Shown here: one piece after another, positions 29,885 to 39,962 of the stretch
Position numbering within the stretch: the stretch's first letter is position 1
Layout of the letters: every line of letters begins with the position of its first letter
Source of the DNA: an uncultured candidate division Zixibacteria bacterium
GTDB taxonomy: Bacteria > Zixibacteria > MSB-5A5 > UBA10806 > 4484-95
Assembly: GCA_963668625.2 (NCBI GenBank)
Contig: CAXXKA010000008.1
Location: 1,216,001 to 1,280,000, forward strand
DNA: 64,000 nucleotides
Reading direction: 5' to 3'
Notes under the pieces: generated by a model
The model's input: the letters and a program-made list of their open reading frames with translations, nothing else
Databases searched by the model: none
What the model was told of the DNA's origin: nothing
Position numbers and translations under genes: made by a program

Positions 29885-31390
29885 TTGCGCAATTCTACTA
29901 AAATATGGCTTTTGACTCTTTCAGCGTTGCTCGCCGCAATTGCATTTCCGCCATATAAGTTCGGTTTTCTGGCTTATTTTTCTTTAATATTATTTCTTGT
30001 AGTATTAGATAATTCGCCCACCAGGATATCGGTCGCATATGGTTTTATCTGGGGATTGGTATTTAACCTTGGCACTTTGTACGGTGTGTTCTGGGCTACG
30101 ATCGGCGGCTCGTTCGGGATGCTCGCGGCTGTCTCGTTGATATTCGCGACAATTGCCTTAGCTTATAAATTCGTATCCAATAAATCGAAAATTCTTGGTT
30201 ATATTATCTGGCCGATGCTCTGGGTTGGCTGGGATTACCTTCGCACATTAACCGAATTGAATTTCCCCTGGACCGATTTCGGTTATACTCAGGCATATTA
30301 TTTACCCTTAATTCAGGTTGCCGATATATTCGGTGTTTTCGGAATTTCAATGATGATTTATACGGTCAACGTGCTTTTGTATATTACTATTAAATCAGAA
30401 TTCAGGAATAAAACCAGATTAGCATCGCTGGTAATCGCAATGCTTCTTCCCGTTATATTTACAATTTATGGCTTAATCCGTCTGCCGGAGCAAAGCCCGG
30501 AGGGGTCGCTTGATATAGCTCTCGTACAGGGCAATATCGATCGTGAAACAAAATGGAAAAGCGGTGGTCGGGCGATCAGTTTCGCCACATATTTGAACAT
30601 GACACGCGAGGCCATCGAGCATGATGTCGACCTGGTAATATGGCCTGAAACAGCCATGCCTTACTATCTTTTACACAAACAAAGACATCTGAAAAGAGTA
30701 AAAGATATTGTGGACAGTTCGAATGTGAGTATACTGACAGGCATCCCTCATTACGTTTCGTTGAATCGTGGTGAGTATATCTACTTTAATGCCGCCGCGC
30801 TCGTCTCTCCCGGTGTGGATACGATTCCGCATTACGAGAAAGTCAAGCTGGTGCCGGGAAGTGAGCGTATACCGTTTTCCGGGCGATTCAAAGTGCTAAA
30901 AGAGATCAGGCTCGGCAATGCCGATTTCTCCTCCGGCAGATACCGGACGATTTTCGAGTTGAACGATATCAAGTTCGCAGTGGCAATTTGCTTCGAGTCA
31001 GCATTCCCCGATTACTGCGCCGAGTTTTGCCGTGAAGGCGCGGAATTTCTGGTGGTGATTACCAATGATATGTGGTTCGGGCCATCGGGGATGCCGTACT
31101 CTCATGCTATGATGTCGGCTTTTCGGGCTATAGAAAACCGCGTGCCGATTGCCAGATGCGCCAATACCGGTGTTTCTATGTTTTTCGATAAATATGGTCG
31201 GGTTTCGGGTGAAACTTCTACTCATGAGCGTTTGAACAGTTATGGCTCGATAGCGCCCGAAAAATCCAAAAGCCTGTACAATCGTTGGGGGGATTTCGTA
31301 CCCCGCGGATGTGTGTTTGGTTCGTTGATGATGATAATTGTAGTTGCGTTTTTAAAACGAGGAAAATATAATGAAGAACATGAAAGCTAA
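29885..31390 (+). CDS. lnt: Apolipoprotein N-acyltransferase
   Basis: TM N-terminus with FPW..GY. Nitrilase triad motifs WPETA, K..LVP..E and ICFES, plus TND.WF and RAIENR. Confidence 0.95.
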   Translation: MRNSTKIWLLTLSALLAAIAFPPYKFGFLAYFSLILFLVVLDNSPTRISVAYGFIWGLVFNLGTLYGVFWATIGGSFGMLAAVSLIFATIALAYKFVSNKSKILGYIIWPMLWVGWDYLRTLTELNFPWTDFGYTQAYYLPLIQVADIFGVFGISMMIYTVNVLLYITIKSEFRNKTRLASLVIAMLLPVIFTIYGLIRLPEQSPEGSLDIALVQGNIDRETKWKSGGRAISFATYLNMTREAIEHDVDLVIWPETAMPYYLLHKQRHLKRVKDIVDSSNVSILTGIPHYVSLNRGEYIYFNAAALVSPGVDTIPHYEKVKLVPGSERIPFSGRFKVLKEIRLGNADFSSGRYRTIFELNDIKFAVAICFESAFPDYCAEFCREGAEFLVVITNDMWFGPSGMPYSHAMMSAFRAIENRVPIARCANTGVSMFFDKYGRVSGETSTHERLNSYGSIAPEKSKSLYNRWGDFVPRGCVFGSLMMIIVVAFLKRGKYNEEHES

Positions 31391-33611
31391 GTTTATAATT
31401 ATTTACGTTTCATTAGTTGCTTTCTCCTCAGTCTCTATGGGGGCTATCGGACAATGGCAGAACTATACTAACATGAATAACGCTCAGGGTATCATCGCGG
31501 ATAGCTCGGAAATTTGGTGCATAACGACCGGTGGACTCCTGAAATACGATACCGAAACCGAAGAGGCGACTAAATATCTTAATTCCGATGGCCTCGGCGA
31601 TATAAATCTGGTTTCGATTGAGATAGATAGCGCCGGAACGGTGTTTATCGGCGGCACCAATAATACGCTTACCCGAATTTCGAGTGACGGTCAGATAAGC
31701 GTCGATGAGTATGAATTCAGTAATGAAATTCTATATGCGCTGAATGATTTATATGCTGATGGTGATATACTCTGGGTGGCTACCGGAGTAGGTGTTGCTA
31801 AATATCTGATTTATAATAACGACGGCGAATTCCAGGAAACCTATTCGAATCTGGGAGATCTTCCCCGAGAGGAATCCGTGCAAGCTATTATAAGTATAGC
31901 TGACCATATCTGGGCCGGCACGGGTAGCGGGCTTGCCTACGCCGACAAAAATAATCAATTACTTCAAAACCCCGATAACTGGAGTACGATCACTGCCGGT
32001 GAAAATGGTTTGACGGATGCCGGAATAACTTGCATGGCGCTGGCGAACGATACACTTATGGTGGGAACATCAACCGGGGTGTTTTGGATGGGCGCCGACT
32101 CCATATGGAATTCTATAGGCCCTGTTATAACTATCCGGGATTTGCAATATCTCAACGATACCATGTATGCCGCCACGAATAACGGAGTTTATAAGCGATC
32201 CGGCGGAGTTTGGAACTTAGTATCCACAGACAGTCTTTTATCGGTTCGTTCCAGAGGCGTAACGGCTGACAACCAGGGTAGGTTATGGGCGTCATTCGAA
32301 GACGGCGCGTTCGCGGTTTATGATAACTCGTATTGGAGTGTCAAAACCATAGAAGGCCCTGCCTCTAATAGAATACAAGATATTGCCATAGATTCGACCG
32401 GTAATATATGGCTTGCTCATACGATTCCGGGGTATTCTGAAATCAGGGGGGTGACCAAATATAATGGTATCGAATGGACTAATTATAATTATCTGAACTC
32501 GGGCATAGGCAGAAACGCGGCGGTTGAGATAGAATATGATTACATCCACGATTTGGTCTGGTTCGCCAGTTGGGGCAACGGTCTTTTTAGTTTCGATGGT
32601 GACACGACATGGCAGGTTTTCAATGATACCAACAGCCCATTGAGGGGCGTGGCTCCTTCATATGTTTCCGTTCCCGATATCACTCTCGATGCCTACGGTA
32701 ATATCTGGGCTTTAGATCAGCAGGCATATGAACCGGATGGCGATAATCCCGTGATGGGAGTTTATGATCCCGATGAGGATAACTGGTTGATTTACTCGGA
32801 AAATCCCGCTCAAATCAATGACAATTATCAGCAAGTAATTTACAATAATGATAATATAACGTATGTATGCGGAGCACTTCAAAATATATACCTTCTTGAT
32901 CATGGAGCGGATCCTCTAAGCGTCGAGGATGATATCTGGCTGGATCAAATCCGTGGTACTGAAGATATTGCGGTCGAGGAGGTCAGGGATGTCATCTATG
33001 ATGATGAAAAACTATACATCGCCAGCGCATCGGGATTGGCGTACTATGACTTCGTAAATAACAGATTGGTTCGAGTAGAATTACCCGATGGCTATAGAAG
33101 CCAGGCGAACTGCATAACGCTCGATGGGCTAGGCAATAAATGGGTTGGTACCGATTCGGGTGTCGTAGTTCTAGCCAGCAAGGTTGACCTGTATAATCAA
33201 AAATGGGAGTACGCTTTCAAACCCTCGAACTCCGATCTGCTCGGTAGTAGAATTCTTTCGATTGAGGTTGATAATAATACCGGTTTTGCATATATCGGAA
33301 CGGAAAACGGTTTTTCTGTTTATGAATCCGGTTTCGTGGCTCCTTCGCCTGATCTGAACGATATGGCGGTGTATCCGAACCCGGTGTATGTAGGTGACGA
33401 TTCCGAGATAAATTTCCAACGTGTTCCGTCTGATGCTATCATTTCGATTTTCACGATCTCCGGTGATCTGGTTGCAGAGATAAACTACGAGGAGGATAAA
33501 TCGTGGAATTTGAAAAATGAAAGCGGGAGAACAGTCGCAGCCGGTATATATATATTCTATGTCAAATCGGCTGATAAATCAGGTCTCGGTAAGTTCGCGG
33601 TTATCAGATAA
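31371..33611 (+). CDS. PorZ-like beta-propeller protein with a T9SS C-terminal domain
   Basis: Signal peptide then IGQWQNYT, many 'D..G..W.GT..G' propeller blades, VYPNPV...IFTISGDLV...W...G..VAAGIY...GKFAVIR. Confidence 0.7.
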   Translation: MKNMKAKFIIIYVSLVAFSSVSMGAIGQWQNYTNMNNAQGIIADSSEIWCITTGGLLKYDTETEEATKYLNSDGLGDINLVSIEIDSAGTVFIGGTNNTLTRISSDGQISVDEYEFSNEILYALNDLYADGDILWVATGVGVAKYLIYNNDGEFQETYSNLGDLPREESVQAIISIADHIWAGTGSGLAYADKNNQLLQNPDNWSTITAGENGLTDAGITCMALANDTLMVGTSTGVFWMGADSIWNSIGPVITIRDLQYLNDTMYAATNNGVYKRSGGVWNLVSTDSLLSVRSRGVTADNQGRLWASFEDGAFAVYDNSYWSVKTIEGPASNRIQDIAIDSTGNIWLAHTIPGYSEIRGVTKYNGIEWTNYNYLNSGIGRNAAVEIEYDYIHDLVWFASWGNGLFSFDGDTTWQVFNDTNSPLRGVAPSYVSVPDITLDAYGNIWALDQQAYEPDGDNPVMGVYDPDEDNWLIYSENPAQINDNYQQVIYNNDNITYVCGALQNIYLLDHGADPLSVEDDIWLDQIRGTEDIAVEEVRDVIYDDEKLYIASASGLAYYDFVNNRLVRVELPDGYRSQANCITLDGLGNKWVGTDSGVVVLASKVDLYNQKWEYAFKPSNSDLLGSRILSIEVDNNTGFAYIGTENGFSVYESGFVAPSPDLNDMAVYPNPVYVGDDSEINFQRVPSDAIISIFTISGDLVAEINYEEDKSWNLKNESGRTVAAGIYIFYVKSADKSGLGKFAVIR

Positions 33612-33614
33612 GCT

Positions 33615-34577
33615 TTGTCTGACTGTGAGATAATATTTCCTGAAAGGGATCGGTATCGAAAGCTAGTTACACCGGAGTTACTCGATTTTCCGGGATCGGT
33701 TTTCTACGAGCCGATATTCCTTATAACAGCAGCCGAGGTATTGAATCTCGAATTCGAACCCGCTATAGCGATTCGCGATAATAAAGTTATCGGTTTAGCT
33801 AACTTTCTCATCGGTAAACGAGCCGGTATTAGATCCGCCTCGATTCCCCGGCTTTTTCAATATTATGGCCCTATCGGGTTAGGCGATGATCCAGGCACGG
33901 CTAATGATCTGGCCCTGGGATTAATCGATAAAAAAGTGGATTTGTGCGTTTATTCATTAACACCCGAGGCGAGCCCGCAATTTAAACTGACGAACTGGCA
34001 AATCACCGATAGACTTACTTATTATCTCGATACAGGCGATTATGATAGTATGCTGACAGCGTGTAATTCTAACTGTAAAAATAAAATCAATAAAGCTATC
34101 AGGAATGATATTCTCATTAATGAGAGTCCGGAATTCCCGATCGATATCTATTTGAAAACTTTTTCACGCCGTAATTTGAATCCACCTATTTCCCCGGATA
34201 CTCTGGTTAGATGGGCCGATCAATTATACGAGAATGGTCTGCTTAAAACATTTATTGCCAGTCATAATTCCATTTCTGTTGCTTTCCGGTCGGTTTTTTA
34301 TTACGGTAGATACGCTTATAATTGGGTCTCCGGCGTGATCCCTGAGGGATTCAAGTATGGCGCCAGTAATTTGTTGATGTTGAAAGTGGGAGAATATCTT
34401 TTTAACGAGGGAATAAGTCATTACGATCTGGTCGGTGGTGATATCAAATCGATAGCCGAATTCAAAAAATCGTTCGGCGGTCATCCGAGAAAGCATGTTC
34501 AGGTGGAAAAGACTTTTACTCTGAAGGGCAAGGCTTACAGGGGATTGATGAAAATGAAAGCAAGAATGAATGAATAG
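33615..34577 (+). CDS. GNAT-superfamily (FemAB-like) acyltransferase
   Basis: YYGP, 'KINKA', 'GASNLL', 'YDLVG...IAEFKKSFGG' motifs. Confidence 0.75.
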   Translation: MSDCEIIFPERDRYRKLVTPELLDFPGSVFYEPIFLITAAEVLNLEFEPAIAIRDNKVIGLANFLIGKRAGIRSASIPRLFQYYGPIGLGDDPGTANDLALGLIDKKVDLCVYSLTPEASPQFKLTNWQITDRLTYYLDTGDYDSMLTACNSNCKNKINKAIRNDILINESPEFPIDIYLKTFSRRNLNPPISPDTLVRWADQLYENGLLKTFIASHNSISVAFRSVFYYGRYAYNWVSGVIPEGFKYGASNLLMLKVGEYLFNEGISHYDLVGGDIKSIAEFKKSFGGHPRKHVQVEKTFTLKGKAYRGLMKMKARMNE

Positions 34578-35934
34578 AATATCTATTGATTTTAAATGCT
34601 CGGAGTTAACAAGAAAAAAGGCCATATACGTATTAAATCTGATAAGCTCTATTACCTCGATTGGCTTTACTATTAGCTCTACCGATCCGCAGATAGTTTA
34701 CGGCGAACAAAGCGGTAACCCGAAACTTCACATACCATACATAGAATACGAGGCCACCGATGAGGAGTGGCAATTGTTCACCGGCCGTTCCCGCCTGGTA
34801 CTACCGGGGTTCATACAACCGGTATCGCTCGAGGTTAACGATGGTAAACTGGGGATAGATTTTTTCAGCCTGGCTTATCATTTTCTGGAGATGGGTTTAG
34901 CGGATAAAAAGCAGGAGCGATGGTCGCCCGAATTGATAGATACCCGGATTCGTCATGTCTATCCTTTTTTCAACAGTTTCGTGACAGTGTTCGTCAATAC
35001 CTTGAAAAGCTCGGGCTGTATTCATGAAAATTACGTGTTAGACTCTCCCTGGCCGAATAAAGCTCCGCTGGCTATCGGCTTATCGCACGATCTGGATATA
35101 TTCAAGCGGAGATTTTTCGGAAGTCTCGGCATGCTGGCAAAATCGGTTTATTCGGATGATATACCCGGCGGAGTCGGCGGCTCGGTTAAAGGTCTGGCCC
35201 ATACCATGAAATCGAAAGTTTCCGCCGGCGGTAATCCGTACAATCAATTCGCCAGATGGTTCGGGCTGGAGGGGCGTTCGACTTTATTCCTGTTCACGGG
35301 AGAACGTAAATCGGGTAATGATCCGACATACAAAATAAAAGATGTAGCCAAAGAACTGGCTAAACACGATTCGGGGAAATTCGAGATAGCATTTCATAAT
35401 GGCATAGGCACCTCGGAGGAACCCAACACGCTCGATAGAAACAAATCCGAACTGGAAAGACAGCTCGATTGCGAGGTGCGCGGCATCCGACCCCATTACC
35501 TCGATTTCGAATTACCTTCATTCTGGTATAACCTGGAGCGGTTCGGTTACTCCTCTTCTGTTGGCTCCGATACGATACCCGGATTTACCAGCGGTATGAA
35601 TTTTCCGTTCTATGGTTTCGATTTGGGAACGGCCGAGCCCCTGGATATACTCGAGATACCTATCGGGCTAATGGATTGCGCCTTGCTGGAGATAAAAGAT
35701 CCCGTTCTTCGCGAACGTACTATCGATGATATGCTGGCCAACTGCCGTGATAGCCAGGGCCTTCTGGTGCTGGACTGGCATATACGTACCGCCTACGAAC
35801 CCGATTACCCCGGCTGGCTGGCGGCGTATATATCCATTCTGGAGAAAGCTAAGGCGCAAGGAGCATATATCGCCTCGCTGGATGAGATAAACGGGTACTG
35901 GAGGAATCGTTGCGAATCTGTTTTCTTATCTTAA
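34570..35934 (+). CDS. Polysaccharide deacetylase-like protein
   Basis: SHDLD, FEIAFH, GIRPHYL, YSSSVG...PGF..G..FP, EIPIGLMD, VLDWH motifs. Confidence 0.75.
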   Translation: MNRISIDFKCSELTRKKAIYVLNLISSITSIGFTISSTDPQIVYGEQSGNPKLHIPYIEYEATDEEWQLFTGRSRLVLPGFIQPVSLEVNDGKLGIDFFSLAYHFLEMGLADKKQERWSPELIDTRIRHVYPFFNSFVTVFVNTLKSSGCIHENYVLDSPWPNKAPLAIGLSHDLDIFKRRFFGSLGMLAKSVYSDDIPGGVGGSVKGLAHTMKSKVSAGGNPYNQFARWFGLEGRSTLFLFTGERKSGNDPTYKIKDVAKELAKHDSGKFEIAFHNGIGTSEEPNTLDRNKSELERQLDCEVRGIRPHYLDFELPSFWYNLERFGYSSSVGSDTIPGFTSGMNFPFYGFDLGTAEPLDILEIPIGLMDCALLEIKDPVLRERTIDDMLANCRDSQGLLVLDWHIRTAYEPDYPGWLAAYISILEKAKAQGAYIASLDEINGYWRNRCESVFLS

Positions 35935-37016
35935 ATCCATTCGATTTCGACTCCCGGGCCAGACTGATATGTAATGATATAATCGAAAATGGCTGGTCTC
36001 TCGATATAATCGCCACCGAGGGCGGCATGATGTCCGAATTTCGCGGAGCGAGGATTCATCGCGTAAAACAAAATATCAAACCATTCAAGCAGCGCCGCTT
36101 TCTGGAATATAATCTTCGCGCCGCCGGGATAGCCAGCCGCCTGGAATGTGATATCATTCACGCCGTCGATCTCGACACTTTATGGGCCGCGGTGAACGCC
36201 TCAAAGAGCAATGGCGCGAAAGTCCTGTACGAGGCGCGCGAATTGTACGTAGAGCTTCTGGCAGTGCACGACCGGCCGATAGTAAAAGCGTTCTGGACCA
36301 TGCTGGAAAAAAGACTTATCCACGAAGCTGATACGGTGATTACGATAAACGATTCGATTGCCGGCGAGCTGGTTGAAAGGTATAACATACCTCAGCCGAT
36401 AGTAGTCCGAAACGTGGCCGAATCCTCTCGGGTAACGCCTGTCGATCTCAGGGGTAAATATAATCTCGATTGCAAATACCTGATGGTTTACCAGGGAGTT
36501 CTACGTCCGGGGCAAGGAATATCTAGATCGCTTGAACTCATAAGGGATGTCGCCGATACCGGCCTGGTTATTTTTGGAGATGGTCCCTATCGGAATGATA
36601 TCGAAAAAAAGCTCGAGCAATATGGCATTACCGCCAGAGTCAGGCTTGCCGGTATGATTCCTCCCGATAAGCTGGCTGATTATACGGCGGGCGGGGATTG
36701 CGGTTTTCTGCTCATGGAACCGGTAGCGAGAAATAATTATCTGGCTTTACCGCAAAAAATATTCCAATATATAGAATCGGGAATAGCGCCGATCGTAACT
36801 AATATCCCCGAATTGCGTAAAGTTATCGAAACCGATGACCTGGGGCTGGTGCTCGACAATAAAATCGAAAGCGATGACCGTACTTTGCTGCAATCGTTTT
36901 TAGAGAAAGACCTGGCGAGGACCAGAAGAAACTGTAAACTAATTAAGGGAAAATACAGTTGGAAAAGTGAGGGAGGCTTAATTATAAATGCATACAAAGG
37001 ACTTATTGAATGTTAG
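35910..37016 (+). CDS. Glycosyltransferase family 4
   Basis: DSRA, IIHAVDLDTL, YEARE, VVRN, YQG...GQG, N..ALPQKIFQY motifs. Confidence 0.85.
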   Translation: MRICFLILNPFDFDSRARLICNDIIENGWSLDIIATEGGMMSEFRGARIHRVKQNIKPFKQRRFLEYNLRAAGIASRLECDIIHAVDLDTLWAAVNASKSNGAKVLYEARELYVELLAVHDRPIVKAFWTMLEKRLIHEADTVITINDSIAGELVERYNIPQPIVVRNVAESSRVTPVDLRGKYNLDCKYLMVYQGVLRPGQGISRSLELIRDVADTGLVIFGDGPYRNDIEKKLEQYGITARVRLAGMIPPDKLADYTAGGDCGFLLMEPVARNNYLALPQKIFQYIESGIAPIVTNIPELRKVIETDDLGLVLDNKIESDDRTLLQSFLEKDLARTRRNCKLIKGKYSWKSEGGLIINAYKGLIEC

Positions 37017-37942
37017 AGACGAGCATAATAATCCCGGTGCGGAATCAGAAGGATACTCTTCTGGCGGCCCTGGACAGCTTGAGAAGGCAAATAAGAAAAC
37101 CGCGAATTTATGAAATAGTCATTTGTGATGATGATTCCACTGATGGCACCGGTGATATCGTAAAGAAACTTCGTTTCCCGATATTTTTCAAATATTTCAT
37201 AAACAAACCCTCTCTCGGCAGGGCAGGCAATCGTGACCAGGGGGTTGCTCGTTCGGTCGGTAAACGCGTTATATTCCTCGATGGCGACATGGTGCCGGAT
37301 AATAATTTTATCGCTAACATGGTCGAGGAAAACGATTCGGGTTATGTGAAAATGGGCAAGGTGCTACCGCCGCCGGATAGAAAAATGTCCGGTATCGAGG
37401 AATATCTATATACTCGTGGACGGTACACGTACACCGAGGACGGCGCTGCTATACCTGGAAGATATTTTACCAGTAATAATTTCTGTATCAGCCGCGACCT
37501 GTACCAAAAGGTCGGCGGGCTGGATACCAAATTTACCGGCTGGGGCGGCGAGGATATGGATTTCGGACTACGACTGGAAAAGTCCGGTATCCCGATTAAA
37601 AACAGTCCCAGAGCGATCACCTACCATCACCACGAAAGAACTCTCAGGGATATTATAGCGGACTTTTACGAGTTCGGCCGTTTGAGTTTTCCCTACCTGA
37701 TCGAGAAGCATCCCGATTTGTTGGACCGGATTCCCTCCAATAAACTCGGTATTCCTGATTCCAAAGGGAAGATAAAACCGATCGACCGTCTGGTCTCAGC
37801 ATTGGCGGTTAATAAAGTGATCCACGGATTGATTTATAAATTCGCCGCCGCCTCCCCCGATAAAAGGTGGCCCGATTATTTATACGATTACCTTCTCTGG
37901 GGAAGTCTTGCGCTGGGATATAAAAAAGGACCGAGAAAATGA
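37010..37942 (+). CDS. Glycosyltransferase family 2
   Basis: SIIIPVRN, DDDSTDGT, FLDGD, GWGGEDMDFG.RL. Confidence 0.9.
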   Translation: MLETSIIIPVRNQKDTLLAALDSLRRQIRKPRIYEIVICDDDSTDGTGDIVKKLRFPIFFKYFINKPSLGRAGNRDQGVARSVGKRVIFLDGDMVPDNNFIANMVEENDSGYVKMGKVLPPPDRKMSGIEEYLYTRGRYTYTEDGAAIPGRYFTSNNFCISRDLYQKVGGLDTKFTGWGGEDMDFGLRLEKSGIPIKNSPRAITYHHHERTLRDIIADFYEFGRLSFPYLIEKHPDLLDRIPSNKLGIPDSKGKIKPIDRLVSALAVNKVIHGLIYKFAAASPDKRWPDYLYDYLLWGSLALGYKKGPRK

Positions 37943-38079
37943 ATGATGACGATAATAAGTACAACTCCAGACCATGGCGGCTGGCGATCGGGGCGTACTT
38001 ATTAATCGCTTTCGGCTCGTATTTTCTTACTTTCGTTATCACGCGCGTGGCTCGTATTAAAGATTTACTTGGCTTATGA
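37939..38079 (+). CDS. Small single-pass membrane protein (46 aa), not in the ORF track
   Basis: MNDDDNKYNSRPWRLAIGAYLLIAFGSYFLTFVITRVARIKDLLGL*. It has ATGA overlaps with both the upstream GT2 stop and the downstream start. Confidence 0.7.
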   Translation: MNDDDNKYNSRPWRLAIGAYLLIAFGSYFLTFVITRVARIKDLLGL

Positions 38080-39962
38080 AACTTATTGTCGATTTACTTT
38101 TCGGTGTGATTTTCACCATCTCACTCGCCGGGTTGGGCGTGGTCGTATCCAGATCGTTGTTCGAATATAAATCTGATTTCGTGACAGGTTTTTTTATCGG
38201 TTGCGGCGTGAGCGCCGTTTTGGCTTTTATCGCCGGTATGCTCGGGCTGTATAGCGATATATTCAACGCCGCTTTTATCATAATAGTATTTCTATTCGCG
38301 ATAGCCGGCAGGCGTTCTTTGATAAAATACAGGTTGCCGATCGACAGGCGATATCTCTTGCCGTTGCTGTTACTCGGGTTGGTTTTCGTAATGGCCGGGT
38401 TGACCTCGCTTTCCCCGCCAATCAAAAATGACACTCTTTATTATCATATGGGGCTTCCTAAACTATGGGCTGCGGATGGCGGCATAACTTTCTACCCCTG
38501 GTTATCGTTTTCCACCACCGCCTTGAATTCGGAAGCGCTTTTGACTCCCATCGTGGATTTCGTGTCTCCCGAGGCGGCGCAATTCTGGGTGTTTTTAGTC
38601 GGGGTAATGGTAATTCTTTTACTGGCCGGCGCCGTAAGAAAATTCGCGAATAGTTCTCCGGCGCTGGCAATACTCGTTCTGGGGTCGGTTTCGTTTTTCT
38701 GCGTTGGGCTCGTGGATGCCAAAAACGATTACCTTGCAGCGGGTTTCGCTTTCATGGCTTTCGTGTTTTATGCCGAGTATTTTAAAGATAATAGTCTCAA
38801 ATTGATAATACTATCCGGTATATTCGCGGGGCTGGCAGCCTCGACCAAAGCAAATTCGCTCATATTCGCGTTTGCCATATTGATGACATTATCGATAAGT
38901 CGTCACAGGCTAAAACATGTGTTAATATTCTGCGCAATGGCATTCATATTCGGCAGTCCCTGGTATATCAAGTCGTTTATCCAGACCGGTAATCCCCTGT
39001 ATCCGTTTTTTCATGAGTATTTCAATTCGCCTGTCTGGCATGATTTATTCACCGGTTTCAATAATTCCACCAATGTCGCGAACGATAATCGCAGTATTCT
39101 CAATTTCATGACTTCGCCGTTCAGGTTGGTATATTGGCCGGATATTTTCCGCACCCGTATCGGGCCGTTACCAATGATACTATTACCGCTTTTAGCGCTT
39201 ATCAGGGGTGTTCCTCCTATGGTGAAAAAGGCATTGATTATCAGCGCGATATTCTATCCGTTCTGGTATATCGCCTGGCCGGTAGGGCGGTACCTGATGC
39301 CGATAATAGTACTCTTGAGTTTTGTCGGGGCATTCATCCTGGGGGAAATAACCGCCCGGTCAAGATATATATCGCTTATAGTAATTCTCGGCTTTTGCGG
39401 ATTGATTATATTAAACGGCGTACAAATATACCGGGATGGCAGCCTTCGTATAAAAACAGCATTTGGCATAGTAGATAAAGATACTTTCCTGCATACCGCA
39501 GCCTCGTTAAATCCGAATCAACTACAATCGGCGGGGAAAGTGACCGCACTGCCTTATATCGATATCTGGAATTATATGAACGCCACCGCCGGCAAGGATG
39601 AGACTATCGGAATACTGTGTTCGAACTGGAACCGGGCCGATGGATTTTATCTTGATATCGATCATATGTATCTCAATCCCTCCGGTCAGACAGTCATTGA
39701 TTTCACCAAAGATAAATACTCGATTGCCTCGGATATAGTCGAAAATGAAATACGCTACGTGTTGATAGATAAAAACGTGATCGAGGAATTCTCTCCCGAT
39801 TCGGAGTTCGAGGGTGCGCCTGGTTTCGATATCCTGGCGCGCGGCGTGGCTGATTTTATCGATATAACAAAACAAAACGGCCGGTTAATTTACATAACCG
39901 ACCGCTTTGAGATGTACCGTATGAAGAACCTATCTTCTATTTTAAAAGCACCATTTTCTTGA
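38076..39962 (+). CDS. Polytopic GT-C fold glycosyltransferase (ArnT/PMT-like)
   Basis: Many TM helices. PP..ND.L.YH..LPK, KND, GLAASTK, PWY......GNPLYPF and RYLMP motifs, plus a soluble C-terminal domain. Confidence 0.7.
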   Translation: MKLIVDLLFGVIFTISLAGLGVVVSRSLFEYKSDFVTGFFIGCGVSAVLAFIAGMLGLYSDIFNAAFIIIVFLFAIAGRRSLIKYRLPIDRRYLLPLLLLGLVFVMAGLTSLSPPIKNDTLYYHMGLPKLWAADGGITFYPWLSFSTTALNSEALLTPIVDFVSPEAAQFWVFLVGVMVILLLAGAVRKFANSSPALAILVLGSVSFFCVGLVDAKNDYLAAGFAFMAFVFYAEYFKDNSLKLIILSGIFAGLAASTKANSLIFAFAILMTLSISRHRLKHVLIFCAMAFIFGSPWYIKSFIQTGNPLYPFFHEYFNSPVWHDLFTGFNNSTNVANDNRSILNFMTSPFRLVYWPDIFRTRIGPLPMILLPLLALIRGVPPMVKKALIISAIFYPFWYIAWPVGRYLMPIIVLLSFVGAFILGEITARSRYISLIVILGFCGLIILNGVQIYRDGSLRIKTAFGIVDKDTFLHTAASLNPNQLQSAGKVTALPYIDIWNYMNATAGKDETIGILCSNWNRADGFYLDIDHMYLNPSGQTVIDFTKDKYSIASDIVENEIRYVLIDKNVIEEFSPDSEFEGAPGFDILARGVADFIDITKQNGRLIYITDRFEMYRMKNLSSILKAPFS

